Of a stretch of DNA of 49,314 nucleotides, positions 19,536 through 30,025 are shown piece by piece. The first letter of the stretch is position 1; the number at the start of each line of letters is the position of its first letter. A program made the position numbers and the translations under genes. Source of the DNA: Candidatus Anstonellales archaeon. GTDB taxonomy: Archaea; Micrarchaeota; Micrarchaeia; Anstonellales; J096. The stretch spans positions 1 through 49,314 of the forward strand of contig JAWACY010000003.1 of NCBI GenBank assembly GCA_038896535.1, in the 5' to 3' direction. A model generated the notes under the pieces. That model was not told the DNA's origin. It made no database searches and worked only from the letters and a program-made list of their open reading frames with translations.

Positions 19536-20602
19536 TGGCAGGCAGTGAAGGAATATCAATATTTAATTTTGCACAAAACTTTGGAAGCGGGACATATGAT
19601 TATTTCTTAACATTTGCTGCAATAGGCTTTGTAATATCTTTGGTATTCAATATAATAAGATATATGCTTACATTTTTAATGGCTGATGAGCAAGCAAGAC
19701 AAAAGACAAAAGCAAGCATTATTACTTCTGTTGCAACTGGCTTTTTTGTCTTTTTACTAGTTGTTCTTCTTGGTTTTATTGAAGAGCAAATACCAAAAAT
19801 GTTTGGTTTAGATGGTTATGGAGCATTTTTAAATTCAATACCAGAAGAGATAAATAGTGCTAATGATAAACTTAATGAAATTAGAGATGCATATGTAAAA
19901 AGACTTGAAAGCTCTTATAACAAATTCTCATCACAAACATCTGTTTTTGGAGTAACAGTTTCTACTGCAGGATGTGATTTTGGTATAAATACAGCATTAG
20001 ATGTTGAAACATGTATGGGTAACATACAAAGAGAAATAGCAGAACAGACAGTAGTAATATCAACAGCATTCAATACGCAAATATCATTAATAGTTGGCAA
20101 TACTTTATTTGATTTTTTCACAACAAGGGCAGCAGCATTTTTGCTAGGAGCAGGGCTTGCTTATTATGCATTTGACCCATCTAGAAGTGCTGGAGCAGCT
20201 ATGATATCATTAGCATTAGCAGCATTTTATGTTTACCCAGTTGCTTATAAAGCATTTATGGACTTACCAAAACCACCCGATTTAGGAGGAGCAACAGCAA
20301 ATGTTATTGACATAGCAAGTGCTCAGTTTTGCAATATAAATACTTTCCCTTCAACATACATAACAAAGAGCGATGCAACATTAAGCATTACATTAGCACA
20401 ATCTGGGAAGACACCAAACCCAACAATATCTATTGAAACTGGCAGCGTAATATCATTTATAAATAGTTTGTATTTATCATTTTTGATGAAACATGCAGCA
20501 GCATTAGCAGTTTCAATGATATTTATACAAAATTCTTATGTAGTGCTGTCATCTGGTTTTATAGCAGCTCCATTGTTGAGGAGGATTGGTGGGTTCTTAT
20601 GA
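19535..20602 (+). CDS. CedA/VirB6-like membrane protein, paralog 6
   Basis: QKTKASIITS and core GAGLAYYAFDPSRSAGAAMISLALAAFYVYP. TAATG overlap with the previous gene (track start 19526). Confidence 0.55.
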   Translation: MAGSEGISIFNFAQNFGSGTYDYFLTFAAIGFVISLVFNIIRYMLTFLMADEQARQKTKASIITSVATGFFVFLLVVLLGFIEEQIPKMFGLDGYGAFLNSIPEEINSANDKLNEIRDAYVKRLESSYNKFSSQTSVFGVTVSTAGCDFGINTALDVETCMGNIQREIAEQTVVISTAFNTQISLIVGNTLFDFFTTRAAAFLLGAGLAYYAFDPSRSAGAAMISLALAAFYVYPVAYKAFMDLPKPPDLGGATANVIDIASAQFCNINTFPSTYITKSDATLSITLAQSGKTPNPTISIETGSVISFINSLYLSFLMKHAAALAVSMIFIQNSYVVLSSGFIAAPLLRRIGGFL

Positions 20603-23600
20603 AAAGGGCTTTAATAATATTATTTTTTCTTATACTGTTTTTTGCTGGCTGCCTTCAGCAAGCTTCACAAAGCAGAGATATTATTGGTTCTTTATGTGTT
20701 AAAAATTCTATTATACAAGCAGGCGCATCTTGTACTGATAAAAGATATTTTGAGCTTTCTCCTTCATTAAAAAATATAATAGGGGATAAAACATGTACTT
20801 TAAGCTCAATAGAGTGTAATCAAGCTGAGGTTAATGAAAATTTATTATGCAATGTTACCCTAGATATTGATGGAAACATGAATAAATATGAAAATATATC
20901 AATATGCGGTTCTATTTTAGAAGGCAGTATTTGTGGGGCCGGCTGCAGAGTTGTTGCTTGCAGTTATGATTTATTCAAAAGAGCTACAAAAGAGCCACCA
21001 TCAGTGCTTAGCCCTGCAGATACTGCTGAAGGAAAAGTTAGAAATATAACAGAAGTTTTGAATGCTACATTTGGAGAGAAAATAAACAGACTTTATAATA
21101 TAAGTGCATCTGGAAGTGCGCTTTATTCTTTGATGGGTAAGGCATGCAGCCTTTTTGAAATATCAAAAGAAAATTATCCATTTTTAACAGACCCTAAGAC
21201 AAGAATATTGAGCTTTCGCATAGGAGTTTCTGGCTATGACTCATTTAAGACATTATCTGCTTATACACCATTTTCTTCAGAACAGTGTTCAATAAACCTA
21301 GCAGGGTTCGTTGATGCTATGACATCTTATTACTTTAAAAATCCAAATAATTGCAGGGTTGTTTACTTTAATGGCAGCGCTATTAAACCACTTCTTAATG
21401 CTGCTCAAAACTCAATAGCAGAGGATTTAAATGAGAATTATTTTTACATGTATAACTGCACAACAGGGAAAAATGCTGGAAAAATATTCTCACGTTATAT
21501 AGATTGCGAACTATCATGTTTAAGTGATGGTCAAGTAAATACTCCTTATAAAGGAAATATAGTCTATCCTTCAGAAGATGTTTGCAAATATGGGCAATTA
21601 ACAGGCCAGTCATTGGCAAGAGAATTTCTTAACTATAGCAATGTTATAAATCAAAGTTATAAAATAGGAACTAAAGACCTAAGCTCTTTACTTACAGATA
21701 TTTTTAGGGCTCATCCTGATATGAGTGTGTCAAAATCAAGTTTTGAACAAGGCGGGTATAGAATGGGGGCTTTGCCTTTTGAATGCACTAGTAATATTGA
21801 ATGCTTATCTGGCTTTTGCGATTTTAGTTTGCATAATAGAGTCACATTAGTCAATTCTTCTGGCCTTTATAATTATATGGAATTCATAACAAGTCCTGAA
21901 GGAAGCAGCCAAGGCCCACCACCAGTTTTATCAGCCTTCCAGCATTTAATTGGCAATCCTGGATGCTGGTTAACTGAGACTAATACTAATACTGGTAGTG
22001 AGGGTCCATTAACATGTGTACCAAACATGCCAGTAAGCTATAGAGATAAAGTATTTACTACAAGACAGGAATACTTTAATGCTGTTTCTAATCAGCAAAT
22101 AAGCTGTATCAAAAGGGTTGTTGAAACAACATCTATGACTAATCCGTTATTTTTCCCATCTTATTATATTGATGATTATGGATTTCACCCAAAAACCCCT
22201 GATGTTGTTTCTTATACTGTCTTAGCCCCAGAGTATAATGATTATTTAGGTTTATTTTTTAATAGCACTGCTTTTGGAAATAATCAAGACCTACCAAATG
22301 CATCAGCAGGGAGATGGGCTTGGGGCATGGATTTAACATATTACAAGTTTGATAGATGCAGTTATACAGAAGGTAATTCAATAAAAGCAAAAACAGTTTT
22401 TAAGAAAATTTCAAATGGCCCGATGGCCGGAATGGGAATGGTCGCTATACCAATAGATAGTAATACAGCAGTTCTTGGCGATACATTATTCCCTATTTTC
22501 GGTTATCCAGACGTACCAAGCTATTTCACTTATGATGTTGGAGAAATGGCAAAAACTGTCACATTTTACGATTACCCTTTTGATGATGTAGATACACTTT
22601 TGGCAAGTGCTAAACTTTCTACCTCGGCATATAGGGACGTTTCCTTTTTTGGTAGTGTGTCAAGAATGTACCCATTCATATATAACAATAGTATAAATTT
22701 TTATTACTATTATCCGATAACTGACTTAAATTGGGGTTTTTCAGAGGCCTTTGTGGCTTTTAGAAATGTATCGCCAAATTGGCTTTGTAGGGCTGGTTGG
22801 GATATACCCGGACCAAGAGGATACGAAAATTCAACCATGATAGCAAATTCAACAGCATGTCTTGGTATTAATGGTGACAGAATTGATACAGATCCGCTAG
22901 TTCAAGCACGATATTTTGACTTGCGATATAGAAGTCATAGACAGGCATTTATAGAGAGAATGGGCGGGAAAGATCGGATTTGTAACCTAGTTCCCGGTGA
23001 GGATAGGCAGCCAAATTGCCGTGATTCAATCGATAGGTTCATAAATAATGGGGGTGATGAGATAATTTTGGGAAATAGTAATGATTATACTGATATTGCG
23101 TTTAGAATTAAAACTGGTGGTGCGGTGTGCTGTACTGGAACTGCGGCTGACTGTGCTGATTTTAAGGGTATTATATCAATACCAGGAGATAGAATTATGA
23201 TAGAAGTAAGTTGGACGCATGACGCGGGGGGGCTTGGACAAGACTATACTAAGAGGCAATGTATTCCAAATGCATCTAATGGCGAGTATTTATATAGGGT
23301 TTCTGCTCTTGCTTCTGATATTGATCCTTATTATAGTTATGTTGCTGGTAGTAGTTCTGACTCCAATTATTATTTGGTTAAGGTTCAGCCCGGAATTATT
23401 TATTCTTATCAGTATGAACACTTCGGGGATATCGGAAATGGCTCATATGGCAAACATAATGGTGACAATCCACCCAATGTTATAATAGATGATGAGACTT
23501 ATATTAATATTGATGGTATGACTGGTTATGGTTATAGGGCAATTTGTGGCCCTCATTATGATATTTATAATCTTGGCTTACCAAATGCGTTTATGTACTC

Positions 23601-26600
23601 TCGAGAAAACTTTGCTCATCAGTCTAATTGTATTAGTTTAGGCACAATAAATAACGAACCTTTTGTATATATGCCATTTTCTTTTATAACTTATAATGAT
23701 ACTGCTCCTATGAAATTAGGACCTCTAAACCCTTATAGATTGGGAGTTTATGGGTTTAAAGTTACAAATCCAAAAACAAGTCCGCGAGTAAGATGGGTAC
23801 CGGTAGCACCAGTAGAAAAGACTTTCCCTGAATTTTTCCAAGATTTAGACAAACTTAATGAAAATATTAATTATGAGCTATCATATTCAGATTATGCTGG
23901 TGGCTTCCAGCTTGGTAGGGTGTGTAACATAAAGAATTATATGCCTAATAAAAATATTGGCGGAGCAAAGGCAACTTATTACTCAGGAGTTACCCCTACT
24001 ACAACATCTTCTACTGTGCCAGAATCGAGCACTGATCCAGTTTATAGAGATAATAGCCTTCAAGTTGTTTATGATCCTAGCAGTAAAGCTGACATATCTG
24101 GACTTCAACAAAATCTCCCAAGTTATATTAGAAGAGTAACGTTAAAAAATAATGGTAATTACTATATAGAGGCATATGTATGTTTTAATCCATATGTATT
24201 GAGTGCTCAGGGCACTTCATCAATAGCACCAGGTTTTTATTATCCGCCCTCAACTTTTATTAATAGTGCTTATGGACCACTTATTGACCGATATATTTTT
24301 TTAGAACCCCCATGTGATCAGCTTACTATAAAAGATTATTGTATGGATGCTGATTGTAGTGAAATGTATACTTCAATGGCTGTATTTGTCTATAATCATA
24401 GTGCTGCCAGAATAGAAACACCCTTTGGCAATTACTCAACATTTGGTGATTGCTTGGTTGATGATAATGGAAATTTAGTTAAATCAAATGTTGGAGCATG
24501 CCAGAGTTGTAGCTTTATTAATGCTTATGAAGATAGTAGAGATAATAATAATATTCAGCCAGGACAAGTTCAGTCAGCTCTTGATATGGGGGCTTTGCCA
24601 ATATTAACAAATTACGTTCCAAGTTCACCATTAGATTATTCAGTAAGAGGCGGGCCAACAGGTATATTTTTAACAGATTATAATAATGCTAAAACAACAA
24701 AAGATAACTGCCCTGAATGCATGATATTAACAAATAACCCATCTCAATTGCTAATTGGGACTTTTGGCCCTATATTCCCTACTCTGTTATATGATACAAG
24801 TGTAATAACTGCAACAATAAATTCTGGAGATGTATTAAGAGCTACGTTTGATGCTTTGAATAATAGCCAGCTTGCAGGTATGGCAAGAGCATGGAAAGTG
24901 CCAGCAATATTAAAATTAGATATTTCAAGCACTATATTCACTAACCCGGCATATTGGCTAAATTTCTCAGCAAATTATAGGGATGACCTTGTTAATGCTG
25001 GAATAGGAGGGATAATAATATCAGGTAATTTAGATACAATAATAACAAATTTCTGCGCATATGAAAAATCTTTCAGGACTTTAACTGGCAGAGAAGTATC
25101 TTATGTTCTTGGCAGGAAGCCAGTTGTTCCTAATGAAACGCTTTACCAGGCAGAAAGGCCATTTGAAGTTAAAAATAAAAGGAGCCTATCATCAATACCG
25201 CAATCTTTATGCGTTAATGCTTCATGGTTTTACAATAATAATTACAGCGTTGTCTGCTATACAAAATCACAGGATAATAAGCTTATAGTAAGGAGCTTAT
25301 CCCCTGGAAATGCAACTCAATACTTTAATGATACACTGCTTTATGACGTTTATGCCCCGATAATAGGAAGCGTATCAAGGAATTCTGGTATATATACATG
25401 TAAATATGCTTATAATGAAACTGGTGGAGCTGTTCCACTTTATACATACGATTTAGTGCCCTCAACCGATATATTTGGCGAAGCCCCTATTTTAGTTCCA
25501 AACGATACAAATGTTGCATGCTTCCAAGAACCATTAAGGCAAATAGACATATTAAGACTCACAGGCCAAACTTTAGAAAATCTCAATTGCTATGCTAGAA
25601 AAGGTTGTTGCAGGGATACAATGGATATAGAAGGAGACCCAGCAAAATACATATGCGAAAATGAATTGAATGGTTACTATAATGAAAGCTCGGGCCTTTG
25701 TTATTGGCAAACAATAAATGTTAGTTGTAATTACGCAACCAATATTAATTGCTGGAACAATACTAGGCTAATACCACAATGTACTTTAGCAAGCACAAAT
25801 CAAGAATGTTGGAATACAGTAATTCAGGCAAACAGCTTTACTAGAGATTTATATGGAAACTTTTTCCCCTATCCAAACGACTTTTATCAATTCTATTTAC
25901 AACAACTAAGTATAACTAATGAAACTTTAAATATTTATGACGCTTTAGGTTCTTCTCACCCAAATAATAATTATTTGTATATTGGACCAACATTAGCAAC
26001 ACAATCTGACGGAGCAATAAGTTATAACCCACCGATATATTTTGAAAGTAGTAATGCTGTGAATGATAGTGCTAGACAAAGATTTCAGCAACTAAATAAT
26101 TATATACTAAGTAGGCTACAAAGCCTGGGAAGCATTGGTGCTTTTGAAACGTATAATAATTTAAGTACGTTCAATACAAATTTAGGGAATAAATGGACAG
26201 GTTATTACAATAATATATACATAAATGTAAAATGGTGCCCTGCTGGTTATCAAAATTCAGATCTTCGTTTTAATCAAAATGCTCCTTTTAAGCAAAGGGT
26301 AACTGGTAATTTATGCTTCAAAGACTTAAAAACCCTGGAACAACTTTGTCCAGGAACTGAACACGGTTATAGTAGGGTTATCAGATCTGGCAGCAACAAC
26401 TATTGTGGGAGTGACATAAAATCTCCAAAGTATATATGTGAAAATGAAAGAAACGGACAAGGTTTATGGATCAGTAGAAATCCTAATGATCCTGATTGGA
26501 TAGGGACATGCTATAATAGAGGTAATCCAAAAACTGCGGAGGAGCTTTTATGTCCATCAACAACTACTTGTCCATCTCCAGTAATAACGCAACCACCACA

Positions 26601-26742
26601 ACAACCAAAACAGAGGCCGGATATTGTTATATCATTAGGAGAGGAGCAGATAGAAGGAACTGGTGGGGCAATAACAGGAGAACAACAAGGAGGAGGAGAA
26701 GGGGCAGAAAATAGGCCGAATATAGAATTAGAAATAATTTAA
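20599..26742 (+). CDS. Giant (2047 aa) Cys-rich secreted/lipoprotein-like surface protein
   Basis: MKR + hydrophobic stretch + FAGC lipobox-like motif, very many Cys and N-x-S/T sequons, ATGA overlap with the upstream gene. Confidence 0.85.
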   Translation: MKRALIILFFLILFFAGCLQQASQSRDIIGSLCVKNSIIQAGASCTDKRYFELSPSLKNIIGDKTCTLSSIECNQAEVNENLLCNVTLDIDGNMNKYENISICGSILEGSICGAGCRVVACSYDLFKRATKEPPSVLSPADTAEGKVRNITEVLNATFGEKINRLYNISASGSALYSLMGKACSLFEISKENYPFLTDPKTRILSFRIGVSGYDSFKTLSAYTPFSSEQCSINLAGFVDAMTSYYFKNPNNCRVVYFNGSAIKPLLNAAQNSIAEDLNENYFYMYNCTTGKNAGKIFSRYIDCELSCLSDGQVNTPYKGNIVYPSEDVCKYGQLTGQSLAREFLNYSNVINQSYKIGTKDLSSLLTDIFRAHPDMSVSKSSFEQGGYRMGALPFECTSNIECLSGFCDFSLHNRVTLVNSSGLYNYMEFITSPEGSSQGPPPVLSAFQHLIGNPGCWLTETNTNTGSEGPLTCVPNMPVSYRDKVFTTRQEYFNAVSNQQISCIKRVVETTSMTNPLFFPSYYIDDYGFHPKTPDVVSYTVLAPEYNDYLGLFFNSTAFGNNQDLPNASAGRWAWGMDLTYYKFDRCSYTEGNSIKAKTVFKKISNGPMAGMGMVAIPIDSNTAVLGDTLFPIFGYPDVPSYFTYDVGEMAKTVTFYDYPFDDVDTLLASAKLSTSAYRDVSFFGSVSRMYPFIYNNSINFYYYYPITDLNWGFSEAFVAFRNVSPNWLCRAGWDIPGPRGYENSTMIANSTACLGINGDRIDTDPLVQARYFDLRYRSHRQAFIERMGGKDRICNLVPGEDRQPNCRDSIDRFINNGGDEIILGNSNDYTDIAFRIKTGGAVCCTGTAADCADFKGIISIPGDRIMIEVSWTHDAGGLGQDYTKRQCIPNASNGEYLYRVSALASDIDPYYSYVAGSSSDSNYYLVKVQPGIIYSYQYEHFGDIGNGSYGKHNGDNPPNVIIDDETYINIDGMTGYGYRAICGPHYDIYNLGLPNAFMYSRENFAHQSNCISLGTINNEPFVYMPFSFITYNDTAPMKLGPLNPYRLGVYGFKVTNPKTSPRVRWVPVAPVEKTFPEFFQDLDKLNENINYELSYSDYAGGFQLGRVCNIKNYMPNKNIGGAKATYYSGVTPTTTSSTVPESSTDPVYRDNSLQVVYDPSSKADISGLQQNLPSYIRRVTLKNNGNYYIEAYVCFNPYVLSAQGTSSIAPGFYYPPSTFINSAYGPLIDRYIFLEPPCDQLTIKDYCMDADCSEMYTSMAVFVYNHSAARIETPFGNYSTFGDCLVDDNGNLVKSNVGACQSCSFINAYEDSRDNNNIQPGQVQSALDMGALPILTNYVPSSPLDYSVRGGPTGIFLTDYNNAKTTKDNCPECMILTNNPSQLLIGTFGPIFPTLLYDTSVITATINSGDVLRATFDALNNSQLAGMARAWKVPAILKLDISSTIFTNPAYWLNFSANYRDDLVNAGIGGIIISGNLDTIITNFCAYEKSFRTLTGREVSYVLGRKPVVPNETLYQAERPFEVKNKRSLSSIPQSLCVNASWFYNNNYSVVCYTKSQDNKLIVRSLSPGNATQYFNDTLLYDVYAPIIGSVSRNSGIYTCKYAYNETGGAVPLYTYDLVPSTDIFGEAPILVPNDTNVACFQEPLRQIDILRLTGQTLENLNCYARKGCCRDTMDIEGDPAKYICENELNGYYNESSGLCYWQTINVSCNYATNINCWNNTRLIPQCTLASTNQECWNTVIQANSFTRDLYGNFFPYPNDFYQFYLQQLSITNETLNIYDALGSSHPNNNYLYIGPTLATQSDGAISYNPPIYFESSNAVNDSARQRFQQLNNYILSRLQSLGSIGAFETYNNLSTFNTNLGNKWTGYYNNIYINVKWCPAGYQNSDLRFNQNAPFKQRVTGNLCFKDLKTLEQLCPGTEHGYSRVIRSGSNNYCGSDIKSPKYICENERNGQGLWISRNPNDPDWIGTCYNRGNPKTAEELLCPSTTTCPSPVITQPPQQPKQRPDIVISLGEEQIEGTGGAITGEQQGGGEGAENRPNIELEII

Positions 26743-27089
26743 TTATCCTCCATGTCTTTGCTTATAAAATGTTCTTTTCTTTTTGATAAGCCAGGAAATC
26801 CAAGGCCAGCATAGGTTAATAATAAAAGCAAAGCAACCAATACAGCTTTTTGTTTTTCATAGTTTTGCTGTATTAATGTAAATGAGTAATCTAAATGATC
26901 TGTCTGCTTGCTTAATCTTTCATTACTAACATGCAGGCCTATGAAATAACCAGTTAAAGCAGATAATGAAGCAGCATATAATGACAATGAAATTGTCTTA
27001 ATAGTGTTTGGCTTTTTTAATACATCTTTGAACTTTTCCCATGCATATTTGATTTTTCCTTTTTTTTCATTTCTATAAAGGATTTGCAT
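26739..27089 (-). CDS. Small 2-TM membrane protein
   Basis: Two hydrophobic segments. SD GAGGTGA (27094-27100) precedes ATG 27089. Confidence 0.7.
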   Translation of the reverse strand: MQILYRNEKKGKIKYAWEKFKDVLKKPNTIKTISLSLYAASLSALTGYFIGLHVSNERLSKQTDHLDYSFTLIQQNYEKQKAVLVALLLLLTYAGLGFPGLSKRKEHFISKDMEDN

Positions 27090-27215
27090 AAAATCACCTC
27101 TTAAATTTGAGTAAAAAATTAAAATAACCAAATATTGTTGGGGGATACTAATAATTTAAAAGTAAAACTTATATTTAAATCTTTCGGTTTTTATCCATTT
27201 TTATTCAGTAAGTTT

Positions 27216-27902
27216 TTAATTGTCTGATTTTTTTAGCAACTTAATAAAACGCAAGGCATCTTCGTACATATAAAAATTGTTGAAGAATATATAGCCATTT
27301 TTGAATCTTTTTGCTATGTTTAAAAGTTTTTTTAATTCAGCATCTGAAAATTTATAATTATACATTAATCCCCTTCCAAAGCCATGCAATCTAAAATAGC
27401 ATATATCTTTTCTATAGCTATCTAACCTAAAAGGATCTGTTGCATGCAAAAGCCATTTGTAAGCAAAAATTTCTTTAAAATATTGCTCCCATTCATGCCA
27501 TCTTAATTCAAGAGCCACTTTTATGCCTTTATTTTTTATTTTGTTCAAAAATGATTTCAATTTCTCTATATTATCTTTTGTTGGCATAAAACTTTGTGGG
27601 CATTGAAGTAATATAATATTTGCTCTTAAATTTTTAGCTATTTGCAATGTTTCATTAAACTCGTTAATGCTATGTCCTGAAAACCTATTTACGTGCGTTA
27701 TGCCTTTATAAGCTTTGACTGTAAATTCAAAATCTTTGTTTATGTTATCAACTTTTTCTCTCCATTTTTCTGCTGTTGATGGCTTTGGTAAATTATAAAA
27801 CGTGCTGTTTATTTCTACAACATCAAAAATGTTTGCATAATTAATAAGTTTGTCACCTTTGCCCTTTATATAATTCCAACCGCAACATCCTATCTTTATC
27901 AT
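27216..27902 (-). CDS. DUF72 family protein
   Basis: IKIGCCGW, VEINSTFY, FTVKA...ITH, LLQCP, YFRLHG, YIFFNN. Confidence 0.92.
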   Translation of the reverse strand: MIKIGCCGWNYIKGKGDKLINYANIFDVVEINSTFYNLPKPSTAEKWREKVDNINKDFEFTVKAYKGITHVNRFSGHSINEFNETLQIAKNLRANIILLQCPQSFMPTKDNIEKLKSFLNKIKNKGIKVALELRWHEWEQYFKEIFAYKWLLHATDPFRLDSYRKDICYFRLHGFGRGLMYNYKFSDAELKKLLNIAKRFKNGYIFFNNFYMYEDALRFIKLLKKSDN

Positions 27903-28624
27903 TTCTTATAATTACGCTCTATATTTTTTATAGCTTTCTCTATTTCATTCCTTACTGTTGGCTGTGTTTCTTGGCTTAAAGCTTTTTTTAAGGCATCTAA
28001 GCAGCTTTCATTTCCTAACTCTGATAGATGATGCGCAGAAACAAATCTTATTAATGCATTGCTGTCAAAAAGCATGATTTTTGCTTCTTCTATTACAGCA
28101 TATCTCATTTTTGTCAATGCCAGCAATGCATGTGCTCTTATTTTGTAATTACCGCTGCTTACTAAGATTTTATATATTTTATTTATTGCCTCCATTTTTT
28201 GATTTTTATGTCTTGCTGAATAGCTAAAATTACCAAGTAAAAATATGCATTCAATTACTGTTTCTCTGTCTTTACTATCAAGCCCTCTTATGAGGTCATT
28301 TAATAACGCATCTCCCTCAACATGAATATCTGCTCTTGTAACCCTCTCAGCTTCTCTTGCATCTTCCCCTCTAAATCTACCATCAGCAAGGTCTTTTTTT
28401 ACTTCTTGCCTTCTTTTCTCGTCAAAATGGCCTATAAATGTTGCATCCCATGTTATGCCAAATATTGGCGATACAGAACCTTTTACATTCATTGTAGTAT
28501 CTCTTAAAAAAATCCCACTACACTGAAGGCTTAATGATAGCAAAGGAGCAATCATTAATGTTTTCATTAATGTTTTGGCCTTAGCTATTCTTGTTTTTCC
28601 CTGCCATTTTTTATTTACTTCCAT
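27899..28624 (-). CDS. HEAT-repeat protein with N-terminal hydrophobic segment
   Basis: IRAHALLAL, IRFVSAHHLSELG, VRNEIEKAI repeats. SD-like GGAGGGCGG before ATG 28624 (track start 28660). Confidence 0.75.
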   Translation of the reverse strand: MEVNKKWQGKTRIAKAKTLMKTLMIAPLLSLSLQCSGIFLRDTTMNVKGSVSPIFGITWDATFIGHFDEKRRQEVKKDLADGRFRGEDAREAERVTRADIHVEGDALLNDLIRGLDSKDRETVIECIFLLGNFSYSARHKNQKMEAINKIYKILVSSGNYKIRAHALLALTKMRYAVIEEAKIMLFDSNALIRFVSAHHLSELGNESCLDALKKALSQETQPTVRNEIEKAIKNIERNYKK

Positions 28625-28706
28625 TTTACCGCCCTCCATAAAAATATAAGGAAAAAACATTTAAAAATATAGTCATATTTTAAAAAAGTTTTTGAAAAAA
28701 AGCAAT

Positions 28707-29570
28707 ATGCAAAAATTTGTTTATTTAATTTTTATATTGCTGCTTTTTGGATGTATAAGTCAGCAATATATTATAGAGCAGCATATAAAGGAAAATGAAG
28801 CAGTCGTTAATGTAAAAAAAAGTATCGATTATTCTTTATATGAAAATAATGCCAGGAAAATGCCAAATTTTGCATCAGAAGAAACACAGCTTGAGCTATG
28901 GCTTTTAAGGCAGGGCATTGCATTGGCAGAATGTAGCTATTTGAATGAAAACAATATAAGCTGTGTTGTTAAAAGCTCTGGAATAGAGTATAATTTTACA
29001 ACAAGAGAGGGATTTAATTTTAACAAAGAAACTGATTGGATTTTAGGCAATGAAACTGCTATAATAAAAATAAGTAAGTTAAAACAGCCAATAATAAGGA
29101 ATGATACAAGATATATTGAAATAATAAAGAATGTGATAAAAGAGGATTATAAAGGGCAATTGCCATCTGATCTTGATGGCTTCATAAAAAGCAGAATAGA
29201 CAGTGTTAACAAAACATATATTGTGCCAAGTACAACATTATTAAATTTTGAACAAAATGCTTTATTAGCTACAAAAGCACAGGCAATAGATACTAGTTAT
29301 ATTAACATAGATATTAGGTATAAAATAATTGTTGATGGGTATGAGATAAAGAGTGTAAAAGCAGGCAATAAAATATTGAATAACACATTTTCATTTGATG
29401 AATTAAAGACAATAAATGAGCCAATTACAATAATTGCAACAAGACAGTTATATCCAGCTTATACCCCAGTATTATTAATACTTATAATTCTTACCTTTAT
29501 TATATATAAAATTACAAGGAAAAAGAAAAGGAAAATAAAAAAAGGCATAGATGACCTTGTTAATGATTAA
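28707..29570 (+). CDS. Lipoprotein-like surface protein with C-terminal TM anchor
   Basis: LLLFGC lipobox-like motif, C-terminal TM followed by RKKKRK. ATG 28707 with TTTTAAAA upstream (track start 28692). Confidence 0.75.
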   Translation: MQKFVYLIFILLLFGCISQQYIIEQHIKENEAVVNVKKSIDYSLYENNARKMPNFASEETQLELWLLRQGIALAECSYLNENNISCVVKSSGIEYNFTTREGFNFNKETDWILGNETAIIKISKLKQPIIRNDTRYIEIIKNVIKEDYKGQLPSDLDGFIKSRIDSVNKTYIVPSTTLLNFEQNALLATKAQAIDTSYINIDIRYKIIVDGYEIKSVKAGNKILNNTFSFDELKTINEPITIIATRQLYPAYTPVLLILIILTFIIYKITRKKKRKIKKGIDDLVND

Positions 29571-30025
29571 TTGCTTTTTATTACCTGTTAAATATATAGC
29601 AGAAGTATAAAAATGTATAAATACACATGGTCCTAAATAAACTTTAAAAATAAACCTTAAATCATACACAGCCTATGTATAATTTAAATACAAATAATAG
29701 TGATTCATTTATTTTAAAATTTAGTTTATGTTTTATTGCTCCCAATATGTTTCTTAATATTATCTTAATTTTACTCAGCCAGATGTGTTTGTTCTCGAAT
29801 TAATAAATTTTTTCTATCTTTACCAAAATATCAAGCTCAAGCTCTTAAGAAGCATTTGGTCAAAAGACATATTATGAACCTTTGCAGGCCATTATTTTTA
29901 TTGTATTAATCTTTTTTTACTACCCGGACTTTTACTCACTCGCAACTCAATAAAAATGCACCAAAATGTATTATGAACGTTTTCAGTTTATCTTTGCAGT
30001 TTATCGGCTTATAATTTTATATATT

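Noticed and set aside
7081..26742. Interpretation as an integrated conjugative element or provirus
   Set aside because: No integrase, relaxase, capsid, terminase, att repeats or tRNA target was seen, and the promoter style matches the surrounding chromosome.
29571..30025. Hidden gene or RNA between convergent genes; contains ACAGCCTAT matching 9 nt of the sRNA D guide
   Set aside because: No credible ORF or structure, and a 9-nt match is plausible by chance.
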